A stretch of DNA of 31,550 bases from Gammaproteobacteria bacterium (GCA_026982215.1 JALSHN010000036.1:1-31550), one strand, 5' to 3'; shown: positions 1 to 12,866, numbered from the stretch's first letter. Made by a program: numbers and translations. Notes: generated by a model not told the origin, from the letters alone.

Positions 1-922
1 TTATCTGGTGGCCGAGGCCGACGAATCCGATGCCTCCTTCCTCCACCTGCAACCCATGCTGGCGGTGGTCACCAACATCGATGCCGACCACATGGAGACC
101 TACGGTGGCGACTTCGACCGTCTGCGGGCCACCTTCCTGGACTTCCTCCATCACCTGCCCTTCTACGGCCTGGCGGTGGTGTGTCTGGACGACCCGGTGA
201 TCCGCGAGTTGCTCCCCGATATCGCCCGGCCAGTGCGGACCTATGGCTTCCACCCCGAGGCCGATCTGCGCGCCGAGGACTGGCGTCAAAGTGGGCTGGA
301 GAGCTGTTTCACCCTGGTGGAGGGTGATCAGCGCCACAGCCTGTGCGTCCGCCTCCCCGGGCGTCACAACGTCCAGAACGCCCTGGCGGCGGTGGCGGTG
401 GCCCGGGAACTGGGGCTGGGCATGGAGGCGGTGGACCGTGCGCTACGGGAGTTCCAGGGCATCGGCCGCCGGTTTCAGACCTGGGGCGAGATCACCCTGG
501 GGGGGCAACGGGTGCTGTTGGTGGACGACTACGCCCACCACCCCCGCGAGCTGGCCGCCACCCTGGCCGCTGCCCGTGCCGGCTGGCCCGATCGCCGCTT
601 GGTAGCGGTGTTCCAGCCCCATCGCTACACCCGGACCCGGGATCTGTTCGAGGACTTCACCGCCGTGCTGGAGGAGGCCGACGCCGTGGTACTGAGCGAG
701 GTCTATCCCGCTGGCGAGGCCCCCATCGCCGGCGCCGACGGCCGTGCTCTGGCCCGGGCACTGCGACTGCGGGGACGACTGGAACCGGTGTTCGCCGAGT
801 CGGTGGACGAGTTGCCCGGGTTGCTGGAGCGGGTGGTGCGCGAGGGTGACCTGGTGCTGACACTGGGAGCGGGTGACATCGGCACTTTACCCGCCCGCCT
901 GGCCGCTGGAGGTGAGGCATGA
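1..922 (+). CDS. murC: UDP-N-acetylmuramate--L-alanine ligase, 5'-truncated by the window edge (frame is open from position 2: [10 protein letters not shown]...)
   Basis: MurC motifs [48 protein letters not shown] and LGAGDIG; lies directly before murB. The GTG at 8 in the ORF track is internal. Confidence 0.97.
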   Translation, partial: YLVAEADESDASFLHLQPMLAVVTNIDADHMETYGGDFDRLRATFLDFLHHLPFYGLAVVCLDDPVIRELLPDIARPVRTYGFHPEADLRAEDWRQSGLESCFTLVEGDQRHSLCVRLPGRHNVQNALAAVAVARELGLGMEAVDRALREFQGIGRRFQTWGEITLGGQRVLLVDDYAHHPRELAATLAAARAGWPDRRLVAVFQPHRYTRTRDLFEDFTAVLEEADAVVLSEVYPAGEAPIAGADGRALARALRLRGRLEPVFAESVDELPGLLERVVREGDLVLTLGAGDIGTLPARLAAGGEA

Positions 923-1842
923 ACGTCCCCCTGCGCGAGGATCGGCTGGACGGGGTCTTCCAGGGGCTCCGTGGGCGTCTCACCGTGAATGAACCCCTGT
1001 CACGTCACACCAGTTGGCGGGTGGGTGGCCCGGCCCGGCGATTCTACCGCCCCGCCGATGCCGACGACCTGTGCGAGCTGTTGCGTCGCCTTCCCGAGGA
1101 CGAGCCCCGGTGGTGGCTGGGCCTGGGCAGCAATCTGCTGGTGCGTGACGGTGGCCTGCCGGGCACGGTGATCGCCACCGCCGGGGCCCTGAACGGCATC
1201 GAGCGTGTGGATGAGGAGCGGGTGCGTGCCGAGGCGGGGGTGGCCAGTGCCAAGGTGGCCCGGTTCTGTGCCCGTGCCGGTCTGGGTGGAGCGGAATTCC
1301 TCGCCGGCATCCCCGGCACCCTGGGAGGCGCCCTGGCCATGAACGCCGGGGCCTTCGGCGGAGAGACTTGGCCTCTGGTGGTCGCAGTGGAGACCATTGA
1401 TCGGCGGGGACGGGTCCGTCTGCGGCGGCCGGAGGATTTCCGCATCGGTTATCGCGAGGTCCATGGCCCGGAGGGGGAATGGTTCCTCGCCGCCCACCTG
1501 CGCCTCACCCCTGGTGTATCCCCGGAAAAGGCCCTCGGCCGCATCAAAGAACTACTGGCACGCCGTGGTGCCAGCCAGCCCACCCAGCAGCCCAGTTGCG
1601 GCTCGGTGTTCCGCAATCCCCCCGGCGATCATGCCGGACGCCTCATCGAGGCCGCCGGCCTCAAGGGGTATTGCATCGGCGGGGCCTGTGTTTCCCAGCG
1701 CCACGCCAATTTCATCGTCAACACCGGGGCGGCGCGAGCGGCGGACATCGAGGCCCTCATCCGGCACATCCAGACCGAAGTGCATCGTCACCACGGCGTC
1801 ACCCTGATCCCCGAAGTCCACATCATAGGAGAGCCGGCATGA
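919..1842 (+). CDS. murB: UDP-N-acetylenolpyruvoylglucosamine reductase
   Basis: Motifs [50 protein letters not shown] and HANFIVN; ATGA overlap with the murC stop. Confidence 0.97.
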   Translation: MNVPLREDRLDGVFQGLRGRLTVNEPLSRHTSWRVGGPARRFYRPADADDLCELLRRLPEDEPRWWLGLGSNLLVRDGGLPGTVIATAGALNGIERVDEERVRAEAGVASAKVARFCARAGLGGAEFLAGIPGTLGGALAMNAGAFGGETWPLVVAVETIDRRGRVRLRRPEDFRIGYREVHGPEGEWFLAAHLRLTPGVSPEKALGRIKELLARRGASQPTQQPSCGSVFRNPPGDHAGRLIEAAGLKGYCIGGACVSQRHANFIVNTGAARAADIEALIRHIQTEVHRHHGVTLIPEVHIIGEPA

Positions 1843-2792
1843 AGACGAGAGCGCCCGAGGCCTACGGACGGGTGGCGGTGCTCATGGGCGGCCCTGCCGC
1901 CGAGCGCGAGGTCTCCCTGGCCAGCGGACGCCAAGTCCTGGAGGCCCTGAGGCGCCGGGGCGTGGATGCCCATCCGGTGGACGTCCAGGACGCCCGGGTG
2001 GTGCGGACCCTCATGGACGGGGGCTTCGACCGGGTGTTCAACGTCCTCCACGGTCGCCTGGGGGAAGATGGCGTGGTTCAAGGCGCCCTCGGCCTCATGG
2101 GCCTGCCCTACACCGGCAGTGGGGTGCTGGCCTCGGCCCTGGCCATGGACAAGGCGCGCAGCAAGCAGCTCTGGGCTGCCGAGGGCCTGCCCACCCCGCC
2201 CTTCGCTTGGCTGGAAACCGACACCGATCCCGACGAACTGGTGGAGCAGCTGGGGCTGCCGTTGATGATCAAACCGGCTCGGGAAGGTTCCAGTATCGGC
2301 ATGAGCAAGGTGGAACGGGCGGAGGAGCTGCGTGGGGCCTGGGAGCGGGCCGCCCGCTACGACCATCGGGTGATCGCCGAGGCCTGGGTGGACGGAGCAG
2401 AATATACCGTTGCCATCCTCGGAGAAGAGGCTCTGCCCGCCATCCGCCTGGAGACCCCGCGCGCCTTCTACGACTATCAGGCCAAGTACCGCGCCGAAGA
2501 CACCCGTTATCACTGCCCCTGCGGCTTGCCGGCGGAAGAGGAGGCCCGGCTGGCGGCCCTGGCCTTGCGGGCCTTCCGGACCCTGGGTGCCCAGGGATGG
2601 GGGCGGGTGGACCTGATGGTCGATACCCAGGGACGGCCCTGGCTCATCGAACTCAACACCGTGCCGGGAATGACGGACCACAGCCTGGTGCCCATGGCGG
2701 CCCGGGCCGCCGGGATCGACTTCGACGAGCTGGTCCTTGCCATTTTGGAGACCAGCTTCGCGTCCAGGGAGGAGACATGGCCGTCCCCATGA
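1839..2792 (+). CDS. ddl: D-alanine--D-alanine ligase (317 aa)
   Basis: Motifs GG..AEREVSL, LHGRLGEDG, KPAREGSSIG, FYDYQAKY and ELNTVPGMT; true start is the ATG at 1839 overlapping the murB TGA, not the ORF-track start at 1479. Confidence 0.96.
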   Translation: MKTRAPEAYGRVAVLMGGPAAEREVSLASGRQVLEALRRRGVDAHPVDVQDARVVRTLMDGGFDRVFNVLHGRLGEDGVVQGALGLMGLPYTGSGVLASALAMDKARSKQLWAAEGLPTPPFAWLETDTDPDELVEQLGLPLMIKPAREGSSIGMSKVERAEELRGAWERAARYDHRVIAEAWVDGAEYTVAILGEEALPAIRLETPRAFYDYQAKYRAEDTRYHCPCGLPAEEEARLAALALRAFRTLGAQGWGRVDLMVDTQGRPWLIELNTVPGMTDHSLVPMAARAAGIDFDELVLAILETSFASREETWPSP

Positions 2793-3505
2793 GCATCCAT
2801 CGTAACGGTCATCCCCTGCGCCTGGCCTTGGTGCTGTTGGCGGGGGTGGCGGTATTACCGGCCGTAGTGTGGTTGAGCGATGAAGATGTCATGCCGGTGC
2901 GTGCCATCCGCATCACCGGAGATGCCAGCCATGTGGACGTTGCTCGACTCCAGACCCGGCTGGCGGCGGCGGTGGACGGGAACTTCCTGTTCCTGGATCT
3001 GGCCCGTCTGAGTCGGGCCGCCGAGGCACTGCCCTGGGTGGCCGGGGCCGAGGTGCGGCGCATCTGGCCGGACACCCTGGAAGTGGTGTTGCGTGAGCGC
3101 GTCCCCCTGGCCCGCTGGGGGGAGGACGCCCTGCTGGACGAACACGGCGAGGTGTTCCGGCCGCAGCCCCTGCCGTCGCTGCCTGCGCTGCCCCGGCTCG
3201 AGGGTCCGCCGGGCAGCGCCGCCCGCGTGAGAGCGACTTGGGAGCGGCTCAACGAGGCCCTGGCGGGCAGTGGATTACGGATGGTGACGCTGGCGATGAA
3301 CGACCGGCGCGCATGGCACGGAACGCTGGACAACGGCATTCGTCTGCAACTGGGGCGGGGTGATCCGGAGCAACGGGTGGCGCGGTTCGCCGCCGTCTAT
3401 CCCCGCATCCTCGCCCCGCGGGCGGACGAGATCGAGCAGATCGACCTGCGCTATCCCAACGGCCTGGCGGTGCGTTGGAAGAGAGGAACGACGGAAGGTC
3501 AATGA
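2777..3505 (+). CDS. ftsQ: Cell division protein FtsQ (alternative start at 2789)
   Basis: N-terminal TM segment, POTRA-like region (LPWV..AEVRRIWPDTLEV) and C-terminal IDLRYPNGLAVRW; GGAGG precedes ATG 2777, and ATG 2789 overlaps the ddl stop; lies between ddl and ftsA. Confidence 0.92.
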   Translation: MAVPMSIHRNGHPLRLALVLLAGVAVLPAVVWLSDEDVMPVRAIRITGDASHVDVARLQTRLAAAVDGNFLFLDLARLSRAAEALPWVAGAEVRRIWPDTLEVVLRERVPLARWGEDALLDEHGEVFRPQPLPSLPALPRLEGPPGSAARVRATWERLNEALAGSGLRMVTLAMNDRRAWHGTLDNGIRLQLGRGDPEQRVARFAAVYPRILAPRADEIEQIDLRYPNGLAVRWKRGTTEGQ

Positions 3506-4746
3506 ATACCAGAAGGCGGGACAGAGAATTCATCGTCGGCTTGGACATCGGCACCTCCAAAGTGGTGGCCATCGTCGGCACCGTGGACGAAGAGGGCCAC
3601 ATGGAGATTGCCGGGCTGGGCAGCCATCCCTCACGTGGGCTTAAGAAAGGCGTGGTAGTCAATATCGAATCCACCGTGCAGTCCATCCAACGGGCGGTGG
3701 AAGAGGCCGAGCTGATGGCCGGCTGCCAGATCCACTCGGTGTTCACCGGCATCGCCGGCAGCCACATCAAGAGCCTCAACTCCCATGGCATCGTCGCCAT
3801 CCGTGACAAAGAAGTCACCATGAGCGACGTGGAACGGGTGATCGATGCCGCCCGCGCGGTGGCCATCCCCGCCGACCAGAAGATCATTCACGTCCTCCCC
3901 CAGGAGTTCGTCATCGACAACCAGGACGGCATCCGCGAGCCCATCGGCATGTCCGGGGTACGTCTGGAGGCCAAGGTCCACATGGTCACCGGCTCGGTGT
4001 CCGCGGCACAGAACATCATCAAATGTGTACGCCGCTGCAACCTGGAGGTGGACGACATCATCCTGGAACAACTGGCCTCCAGCTACGCCGTGCTCACCGA
4101 GGACGAAAAGGAACTGGGGGTCTGTCTGGTGGACATCGGCGGAGGCACCACCGACATCGCCGTGTTCACCGACGGGGCGATCCGCCACACCGCGGTGATC
4201 CCCATCGCCGGGGACCAGGTCACCAACGACATCGCGGTGGCCTTGCGGACCCCGACCCAGCACGCAGAAGACATAAAAATCAAATACGCCTGTGCACTCA
4301 CCCAGCTGGCCAGCCCCGAGGAGACCATAGAAGTCCCCAGTGTGGGCGACCGTCCGCCTCGACGGATGGCGCGCCAGACCCTCGCGGAAGTGGTGGAACC
4401 GCGTTACGAAGAGCTGTTCACCCTCGTTCAGGCGGAGCTCAGGCGCTCCGGCCTGGAAGACCTCATCGCCGCCGGCATGGTACTCACCGGCGGTAGCGCC
4501 AAGATGGAAGGCGTGGTGGAACTGGCCGAGGAGGTGTTCCACATGCCCGTCCGCCTCGGCATTCCCCAAGGGGTCAAGGGGCTCTCGGACGTGGTGCAAA
4601 ACCCCATCTACGCGACTGGCGTCGGCCTCCTTCTCTACGGATTGAGACATCACCAGACAGGGATGCGGGAGAACCTGGATCGTTTCGAGGGGCGATCGAG
4701 CGGCCTTTGGTCGCGAATGAAGACCTGGTTCCGAGACAATTTCTGA
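3502..4746 (+). CDS. ftsA: Cell division protein FtsA (414 aa)
   Basis: Motifs VGLDIGTSKV, VDIGGGTTD, LTGGSA and ATGVGLL; ATGA overlap with the ftsQ stop. Confidence 0.97.
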   Translation: MNTRRRDREFIVGLDIGTSKVVAIVGTVDEEGHMEIAGLGSHPSRGLKKGVVVNIESTVQSIQRAVEEAELMAGCQIHSVFTGIAGSHIKSLNSHGIVAIRDKEVTMSDVERVIDAARAVAIPADQKIIHVLPQEFVIDNQDGIREPIGMSGVRLEAKVHMVTGSVSAAQNIIKCVRRCNLEVDDIILEQLASSYAVLTEDEKELGVCLVDIGGGTTDIAVFTDGAIRHTAVIPIAGDQVTNDIAVALRTPTQHAEDIKIKYACALTQLASPEETIEVPSVGDRPPRRMARQTLAEVVEPRYEELFTLVQAELRRSGLEDLIAAGMVLTGGSAKMEGVVELAEEVFHMPVRLGIPQGVKGLSDVVQNPIYATGVGLLLYGLRHHQTGMRENLDRFEGRSSGLWSRMKTWFRDNF

Positions 4747-4767
4747 TGGTTTGAGGAGGGTTCAACA

Positions 4768-5949
4768 ATGTTCGAGATCATGGACACCCGCACGCAGAAC
4801 GCGGTGATCAAGGTGATCGGCGTCGGTGGCGGCGGTGGCAACGCCGTGGAGCACATGGTCACCGCCAACATCGAAGGTGTGGAATTCATCTGCGCCAACA
4901 CCGACGCCCAGGCACTGGGCAATTCCTCGGCGCGCACCCTGTTGCAGTTGGGTGGCAGCGTCACCAAGGGGTTGGGCGCCGGCGCCGATCCCGAAGTGGG
5001 TCGCCAGGCAGCCCTGGAGGACCGAGACCGTATCGCCGAGACCCTGCAAGGGGCCGACATGGTGTTCATCACCGCCGGCATGGGGGGAGGTACCGGTACC
5101 GGTGGCGCCCCGGTGGTGGCCCAGGTGGCCAAGGAACTGGGTGCGCTCACCGTGGCGGTGGTGACCCGGCCCTTCCCCTTCGAGGGTGCCAAACGCATGG
5201 CGGTGGCCGAAGAGGGCATCAAGGAGCTGGCCCAATACGTGGACTCCCTGATCACCATCCCCAACGAGAAACTGCTCTCGGTGCTGGGTAAGCACATCAC
5301 CCTGCTCGACGCCTTCAAGGAGGCCAACAACGTGTTGTTGAACGCCGTTCAGGGCATCGCCGAGCTCATCACCCGGCCCGGGCTCATCAACGTCGATTTC
5401 GCCGATGTGCGCACGGTGATGAGCGAGATGGGCATGGCAATGATGGGTTCCGGGGTGGCCAGTGGCGAAGACCGCGCCCGGGCCGCCGCCGAGATGGCCG
5501 TGGCCAGCCCGCTTCTGGACAACATCAGCCTCTCGGGGGCACGTGGCATCCTGGTCAACGTCACCGCCGGACTGGACCTCTCCATCGGCGAATTCGAGTC
5601 GGTGGGCGCCATCATCAAGGAATTCGCCTCGGACAATGCCACCGTGGTGGTGGGTACGGTCATCGACCCCGAGATGAGCGACGAGTTGCGGGTGACGGTG
5701 GTGGCCACCGGCATCGGCGGCAGCGCCCCGGTGGAGGAGCGACCCGAGCCGGTGACGCTGGCCAAGAAGAGCAGCGGCGAGGTGGATTATGACGCCCTGG
5801 AACGCCCGGCGGTGGCCCGGCGGCCCAAGAGCCCCGAACGGGGCCTCGGAGGTGCGGCATCCGCCCCGGCCCATGCCAGTACCCCCAACCCCGATGCCGA
5901 CATGGACTACCTGGACATCCCCGCTTTCTTGCGCCGCCAGGCCGATTGA
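4768..5949 (+). CDS. ftsZ: Cell division protein FtsZ
   Basis: Motifs IKVIGVGGGGGNAV, GMGGGTGTGGAP and INVDFAD; C-terminal DYLDIPAFLRRQAD; GAGGAGG ribosome-binding site. Confidence 0.99.
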   Translation: MFEIMDTRTQNAVIKVIGVGGGGGNAVEHMVTANIEGVEFICANTDAQALGNSSARTLLQLGGSVTKGLGAGADPEVGRQAALEDRDRIAETLQGADMVFITAGMGGGTGTGGAPVVAQVAKELGALTVAVVTRPFPFEGAKRMAVAEEGIKELAQYVDSLITIPNEKLLSVLGKHITLLDAFKEANNVLLNAVQGIAELITRPGLINVDFADVRTVMSEMGMAMMGSGVASGEDRARAAAEMAVASPLLDNISLSGARGILVNVTAGLDLSIGEFESVGAIIKEFASDNATVVVGTVIDPEMSDELRVTVVATGIGGSAPVEERPEPVTLAKKSSGEVDYDALERPAVARRPKSPERGLGGAASAPAHASTPNPDADMDYLDIPAFLRRQAD

Positions 5950-6043
5950 AGGCGGACCGGGAGGGCCTGAAGCGTCAAAAAGCGGACGATTTGGCAGTTT
6001 CCCTGTGGGGAGAAGGGTACGCTGTGGTCGAATATGGCCGCTG

Positions 6044-6052
6044 TGATACCAT
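6044..6052 (+). promoter_or_regulatory. Possible extended -10 promoter (TGaTACCAT) for lpxC
   Basis: TG-n-TACCAT about 60 nt upstream of the lpxC ATG; no convincing -35 element. Confidence 0.3.
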
Positions 6053-6112
6053 GGAAAGGGCTGCCGGATCGATGGCCGGTGGGGTGCGATTGGACGAAAA
6101 CAAGGCAAAAAA

Positions 6113-7027
6113 ATGAAACAAAGGACGCTGAAAAACTGCATTCGGGCCACCGGCGTGGGATTGCATTCGGGTGAGAAGGTCTATCTCACCCTGCGTCCGG
6201 CACCCCCGGACAGCGGTATCGTCTTCCGGCGCATCGATCTCCCCGAACCGGTGGAAATCGAGGCGCGGGCGGAGAATGTCGGGGACACCCGCCTCTCCAC
6301 CACCCTGGTGAAGGACGGAGTGCGGGTGGACACGGTGGAGCATCTGTTGTCCGCCTTCGCCGGCCTGGGGATCGACAACGCCTACGTAGACCTCAGCGCC
6401 CCCGAGGTGCCGATCATGGACGGCAGCGCGGCACCCTTCGTGTTCCTCATCCAGTCCGCCGGTATCTACGAACAAGACGCACCGAAGCGGTTCGTGCGCA
6501 TCTTGCGTCGTGTGACGGTGGAAGAAGGGGACAAATGGGCCCGCTTCGAGCCCTACGAGGGCTTCAAGGTCTGTTTCTCCATCGAATTCGACCATCCGGT
6601 ATTCCGCAACCGCGACCAGTACACCGAATTCGACTTCTCCACCACCTCTTTCGTCAAGGAAGTGAGTCGCGCGCGTACCTTCGGTTTCATGCGCGACATC
6701 GAATACCTGCGTAACAACAACCTCGCCCTGGGGGGCAGTTTCGACAACGCCATCGTGGTGGACGATTACCGCATCCTCAATGAAGGCGGTCTGCGTTACG
6801 AAGATGAATTCGTCAAACACAAGGTACTGGATGCCATCGGTGACCTGTACCTGCTGGGGCACAGCCTACTGGGCCAGTTCGTGGGCCACAAATCCGGCCA
6901 TGCCCTCAACAACCGTCTCCTGCGCACGCTTCTTGCACAGCAGGATGCCTGGGAGCTGGTGAGCTTCGACGAAGAGGCCCCCTCTCCCATCGCCTTCATC
7001 CAGCCGGCCTCCCTGCTGGTGAGCTGA
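6113..7027 (+). CDS. lpxC: UDP-3-O-acyl-N-acetylglucosamine deacetylase
   Basis: Motifs [21 protein letters not shown] and [10 protein letters not shown]; follows ftsZ. Confidence 0.98.
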   Translation: MKQRTLKNCIRATGVGLHSGEKVYLTLRPAPPDSGIVFRRIDLPEPVEIEARAENVGDTRLSTTLVKDGVRVDTVEHLLSAFAGLGIDNAYVDLSAPEVPIMDGSAAPFVFLIQSAGIYEQDAPKRFVRILRRVTVEEGDKWARFEPYEGFKVCFSIEFDHPVFRNRDQYTEFDFSTTSFVKEVSRARTFGFMRDIEYLRNNNLALGGSFDNAIVVDDYRILNEGGLRYEDEFVKHKVLDAIGDLYLLGHSLLGQFVGHKSGHALNNRLLRTLLAQQDAWELVSFDEEAPSPIAFIQPASLLVS

Positions 7028-7034
7028 AGGCGCG

Positions 7035-7472
7035 TCAACGGCCACGCCGGGCCAGACGACGCAAGGTGTGTCCCAAGGGGTCGTCGCGGAAGCGCTCGGC
7101 GGTGCGCTCCAGGTCGGTGGCCGCCGAGGGCGGCAGGCGCGGCGGTCCACGACGGGGGACCGTGGGCGGTGCGGCGGGCGGCTGGACCTTGACCTGCAGG
7201 CGGGCATCGTCCCGCTCCAACAGGGCGGGGGCGAGCTGGGAGGCGAGAAAGCGCAGTTGCGTGGCCCAAGCCGCGGAGTCCACGTGGACGACGAGCAGAC
7301 CACCGCGCACATTGGCCACCCGGCAATGTTCCGACAGCGGATGGGGCAGGAGGTCCCGAAGGCGGCGGTCCAAGGACAAAAGCGCCTCGCTGCGGCGGTG
7401 GAGACGAGCCAAGGAGCCGCTTTCACCACCGAGGATGGCGCCCAGGGCACGGGGGGTTTTGGATCGTGGCAT
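7035..7472 (-). CDS. dciA: DciA / DUF721 family protein (replicative helicase loader), 145 aa
   Basis: CRVANVRGGLLVVHVDSAAWATQLRF motif; standard position antisense between lpxC and M23/secA. Start 7472 chosen because the longer ORF (to 7592) overlaps the M23 gene. Confidence 0.8.
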   Translation of the reverse strand: MPRSKTPRALGAILGGESGSLARLHRRSEALLSLDRRLRDLLPHPLSEHCRVANVRGGLLVVHVDSAAWATQLRFLASQLAPALLERDDARLQVKVQPPAAPPTVPRRGPPRLPPSAATDLERTAERFRDDPLGHTLRRLARRGR

Positions 7473-7526
7473 GGTCAAGAATCCGAGGGAACGGTCGATA
7501 AATACTAACAAAGGGAAGGGGTCGCC

Positions 7527-8453
7527 ATGAGCATTCTCGTCGTCACCAAAAGATCGGGCTCGATAGGCAAGCTCCACCTCAACCGGTGGCATCTCGGGGC
7601 CGCGTTATTTGCCGGTCTGACCCTGGCGGCCGGGCTGGTCTATACCGGTATTCGCATCGGCCAGGCCGAGGTCGCCCCCGATGTGATGATCGAACAGCTG
7701 CGCCAGGAATTGGCCGCCCAACAGGCCGAAGTGGAGGCCATGCGGCGCAAGGCCGAAGAGAACATGAATGCTCTCGCCCTGCGTATGGGCGAGCTCAAAT
7801 CACACATCATCCGTCTGGACGCCTTGGGCGAGCGGCTCATCGAGATGGCCGATCTGGACAAGGGGGAATTCGATTTCCGCAACGCCCCCGGCCAGGGCGG
7901 CCCCGAGACCGTGACCGATGAAGCGGGGGGGCGCACCATGACGGTGGCCGATTTCCTCGGCGAGCTCGACGAGCTCTCCCGCCAGATCGAGAGTCGCTCC
8001 CTGCAACTGGAGGTGTTGGAAGACCTGCTCATGAGCCGTAACCTGCAAGACGAAGTCTTCCCCACCGGCCGTCCGGTGAAACGCGGCTGGATCTCCTCGT
8101 ATTTCGGTTATCGCACCGATCCCTTCAACGGCCGCATCGCCCACCACGACGGCATCGACATCGCCGGCAAGGAAGGCAGTGAAGTGATCGCGGTGGCTTC
8201 CGGCGTGGTCACCTGGGCCGGTCCGCGTTATGGTTACGGCAACCTGGTGGAGATCAACCACGGCAATGGTTACGTCACCCGTTACGGCCACAACAAGGAA
8301 ATCGTGGTCAAGGTGGGTGATACGGTGAAAAAGGGCGATACCATCGCCAAGATGGGCTCTACCGGACGGTCCACCGGGCCTCACGTCCACTTCGAGGTGC
8401 ACCGCAATGGCAAGGTGGTGGACCCGATCCGCTACGTGCGCGCCGCCCGCTGA
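7527..8453 (+). CDS. M23 family metallopeptidase with N-terminal TM segment and coiled coil
   Basis: Motifs HDGIDIA, GYGNLVEINHGNGYVTRYGH and GRSTGPHVHFEV (HxxxD and HxH zinc ligands); typical gene upstream of secA. Confidence 0.93.
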   Translation: MSILVVTKRSGSIGKLHLNRWHLGAALFAGLTLAAGLVYTGIRIGQAEVAPDVMIEQLRQELAAQQAEVEAMRRKAEENMNALALRMGELKSHIIRLDALGERLIEMADLDKGEFDFRNAPGQGGPETVTDEAGGRTMTVADFLGELDELSRQIESRSLQLEVLEDLLMSRNLQDEVFPTGRPVKRGWISSYFGYRTDPFNGRIAHHDGIDIAGKEGSEVIAVASGVVTWAGPRYGYGNLVEINHGNGYVTRYGHNKEIVVKVGDTVKKGDTIAKMGSTGRSTGPHVHFEVHRNGKVVDPIRYVRAAR

Positions 8454-8532
8454 GCCGCGGTCTCGGAACCCCTCCACGCCCCGGTGATCTAACCACTCCG
8501 CAATTCCCCGCGGGCGGTGGGATCGGCATCGT

Positions 8533-8561
8533 TTGGTGCCGCTTTCGCCTGTGTCTATAAT
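8533..8561 (+). promoter_or_regulatory. sigma70-like promoter for secA (TTGGTG-N17-TATAAT)
   Basis: Perfect TATAAT at 8556-8561 with TTG 17 nt upstream, in an otherwise GC-rich intergenic region. Confidence 0.6.
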
Positions 8562-8645
8562 GCGTCTTTCCCACGAATCCCCGCGCCCCGCCGCTTCGGC
8601 TCCAGGGCCCCTCAATTCATCAAAAACCGAGTCGACGAACGCCAC

Positions 8646-11372
<2,727 letters not shown>

Positions 11373-11377
11373 GGGAA

Positions 11378-11395
11378 GCCGGGCCGCGGCCCGGC
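11378..11395 (+). terminator. GC-rich perfect palindrome after secA; possible weak terminator or mRNA-stabilising hairpin
   Basis: GCCGGGCCGCGGCCCGGC is an 18-bp perfect inverted repeat, followed only by ACTTTC (weak U-tract). Confidence 0.4.
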
Positions 11396-11411
11396 ACTTT
11401 CAGGAGGTCCC

Positions 11412-11717
11412 ATGGCCCTGGGTCATCGCCCGTATACCGAAAAGCGCGCCTACGTGCGCATGCAGATGGATTGTCCCATGGACTACGCCCCGCCGGGGGC
11501 ATCGCCGCGCAAGGCCCGTTGCCTCAATCTCAGTGTCGGCGGCGTGTTGTTCGAGACCGATGAATCCCTGGAGCTGGGGCAGCGAGTGGATATTCAGGTC
11601 CAGCCATCCATCCCCATCTCGCCGCCCCTGGCGGCGGTGGTGGAGGTGGTGCGGGTGGAAGAGGCGCCCCAGCCGGGGGCATTTCGTATCGCCGGAATGA
11701 TCACCCAGGTGGCCTGA
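11412..11717 (+). CDS. Single-domain PilZ protein (c-di-GMP receptor), 101 aa
   Basis: RxxxR (KRAYVR) and D/NxSxxG (NLSVGG) motifs; CAGGAGG ribosome-binding site. Confidence 0.88.
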   Translation: MALGHRPYTEKRAYVRMQMDCPMDYAPPGASPRKARCLNLSVGGVLFETDESLELGQRVDIQVQPSIPISPPLAAVVEVVRVEEAPQPGAFRIAGMITQVA

Positions 11718-11741
11718 AGACAAGGGTTGCCTCTCGTTTTA

Positions 11742-12866
11742 TCAGCGCCAGCCGAAGCGGATCAGATCGCCGGGATGGAGCGGGGCGGGACTGCCTTCCA
11801 GCTCCCCGAGGGCGAAGCGGGGCTGCACCTGGCGCACCGTCAAACCGGCCACCGGCGTTTCGCGGTAACCGAGGAAACGACCGTCCACCCCCCGCAGCGG
11901 CTGTGGATCCAGGCGGTAGGTCATCAGCACGTCACCGGGTTTCACCGCCGCGGTGGCGCCAGCGTCGAAGGTGACGGCATTGCCTTCCACCGCCACCACC
12001 CGGGCGGTGAAGGGCAGGGGCGCCAGATCCTGATCCACCAGCTCTTGTTGCCGGGCGAGGACCCGCAGCAGGGCGGCGCCGTAGGGATGGGTCTGGAATC
12101 CAGGCAGGGAGAAGGGTGTGGTGCCCCCCGGCAGGGGGCTGCGAGTGGGCACCCGCTCGCTGAAGCGATGGCGGGCCAGCAGGGCCCCGGAGAGGCCATC
12201 GAATACCAGCAGTTCCACTTCCAGGTCACGTCCGCGGCGCCACCAGCCGCCGTTGAATCCCAGATCGCGCAGGATGCCGGTGATGAGGAACTGTACCCCG
12301 AGATGGCGGGCCAGCTCGGCCACAGCGTCAGTGGCGCCGGGGGTCAGTCCCTGGCCGGGCAGACCATATTCGCTGGCATCCACCACCCGATAGCGGCCAC
12401 TCTGGGCCAGGCGTCGTCCCAGGGCTTGGGGCCAGGCGCGTTCGATTCCCGGCAGGTCGTAGGCCTGGCGGGGATCGGAGAGACTGAATTGCACTACCGC
12501 CAGCCGTTTGCGGTAACGGGCCTCGGGTGGCGGGCGTCGCTCCGCTGTTTCGGGGAGATGAGCCCGGATGCGCACATGGTAGAGGTCGCCCTCGCGCCAT
12601 TCTTCCAACACCTGAGTCGCCTCCACCGGCCCCTGGGCGGCGATGCGGACACTGTCCACCACCAGCACTTGCCCGGAGAGGGAGGAGCGGCTCTCCACCC
12701 AGGCGCGAGTCTGCAAACGGGCCTGGCGCAAGGCGTCCTGGATGGCTTGCTGGCGGGCCAGTTGCACCGCGCCGTCTCGAATGGTGGCGCTGCCCTGGGC
12801 CTCCACGAAACGGCCCCAGGCCGGCCAGGCGGCCAGCAACAGCAGCAGACAGACGAGGCGGATCAC
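11742..12866 (-). CDS. flgT: FlgT-like flagellar assembly protein T (exported, 374 aa)
   Basis: Signal peptide (MIRLVCLLLLLAAWPAWG); N-domain GSATI....ARQQAIQDALRQA; middle domain YRKRLAVVQF; C-domain PFTARVVAVEGNAVTFDAGA..VKPGD. GTG start lies 4 nt after the upstream stop. Confidence 0.75.
   Translation of the reverse strand: MIRLVCLLLLLAAWPAWGRFVEAQGSATIRDGAVQLARQQAIQDALRQARLQTRAWVESRSSLSGQVLVVDSVRIAAQGPVEATQVLEEWREGDLYHVRIRAHLPETAERRPPPEARYRKRLAVVQFSLSDPRQAYDLPGIERAWPQALGRRLAQSGRYRVVDASEYGLPGQGLTPGATDAVAELARHLGVQFLITGILRDLGFNGGWWRRGRDLEVELLVFDGLSGALLARHRFSERVPTRSPLPGGTTPFSLPGFQTHPYGAALLRVLARQQELVDQDLAPLPFTARVVAVEGNAVTFDAGATAAVKPGDVLMTYRLDPQPLRGVDGRFLGYRETPVAGLTVRQVQPRFALGELEGSPAPLHPGDLIRFGWR

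Noticed and set aside
1839-2792. Ddl variant with altered specificity (GGPAAERE rather than GGxSAERE)
   Set aside because: The catalytic Glu and the omega-loop DYQAKY Tyr are retained, consistent with an ordinary D-Ala-D-Ala ligase.
8454-8645. secM-like leader peptide or structured RNA upstream of secA
   Set aside because: No ORF with a signal peptide or arrest motif; the region is explained by a sigma70 promoter and a plain 5' UTR.
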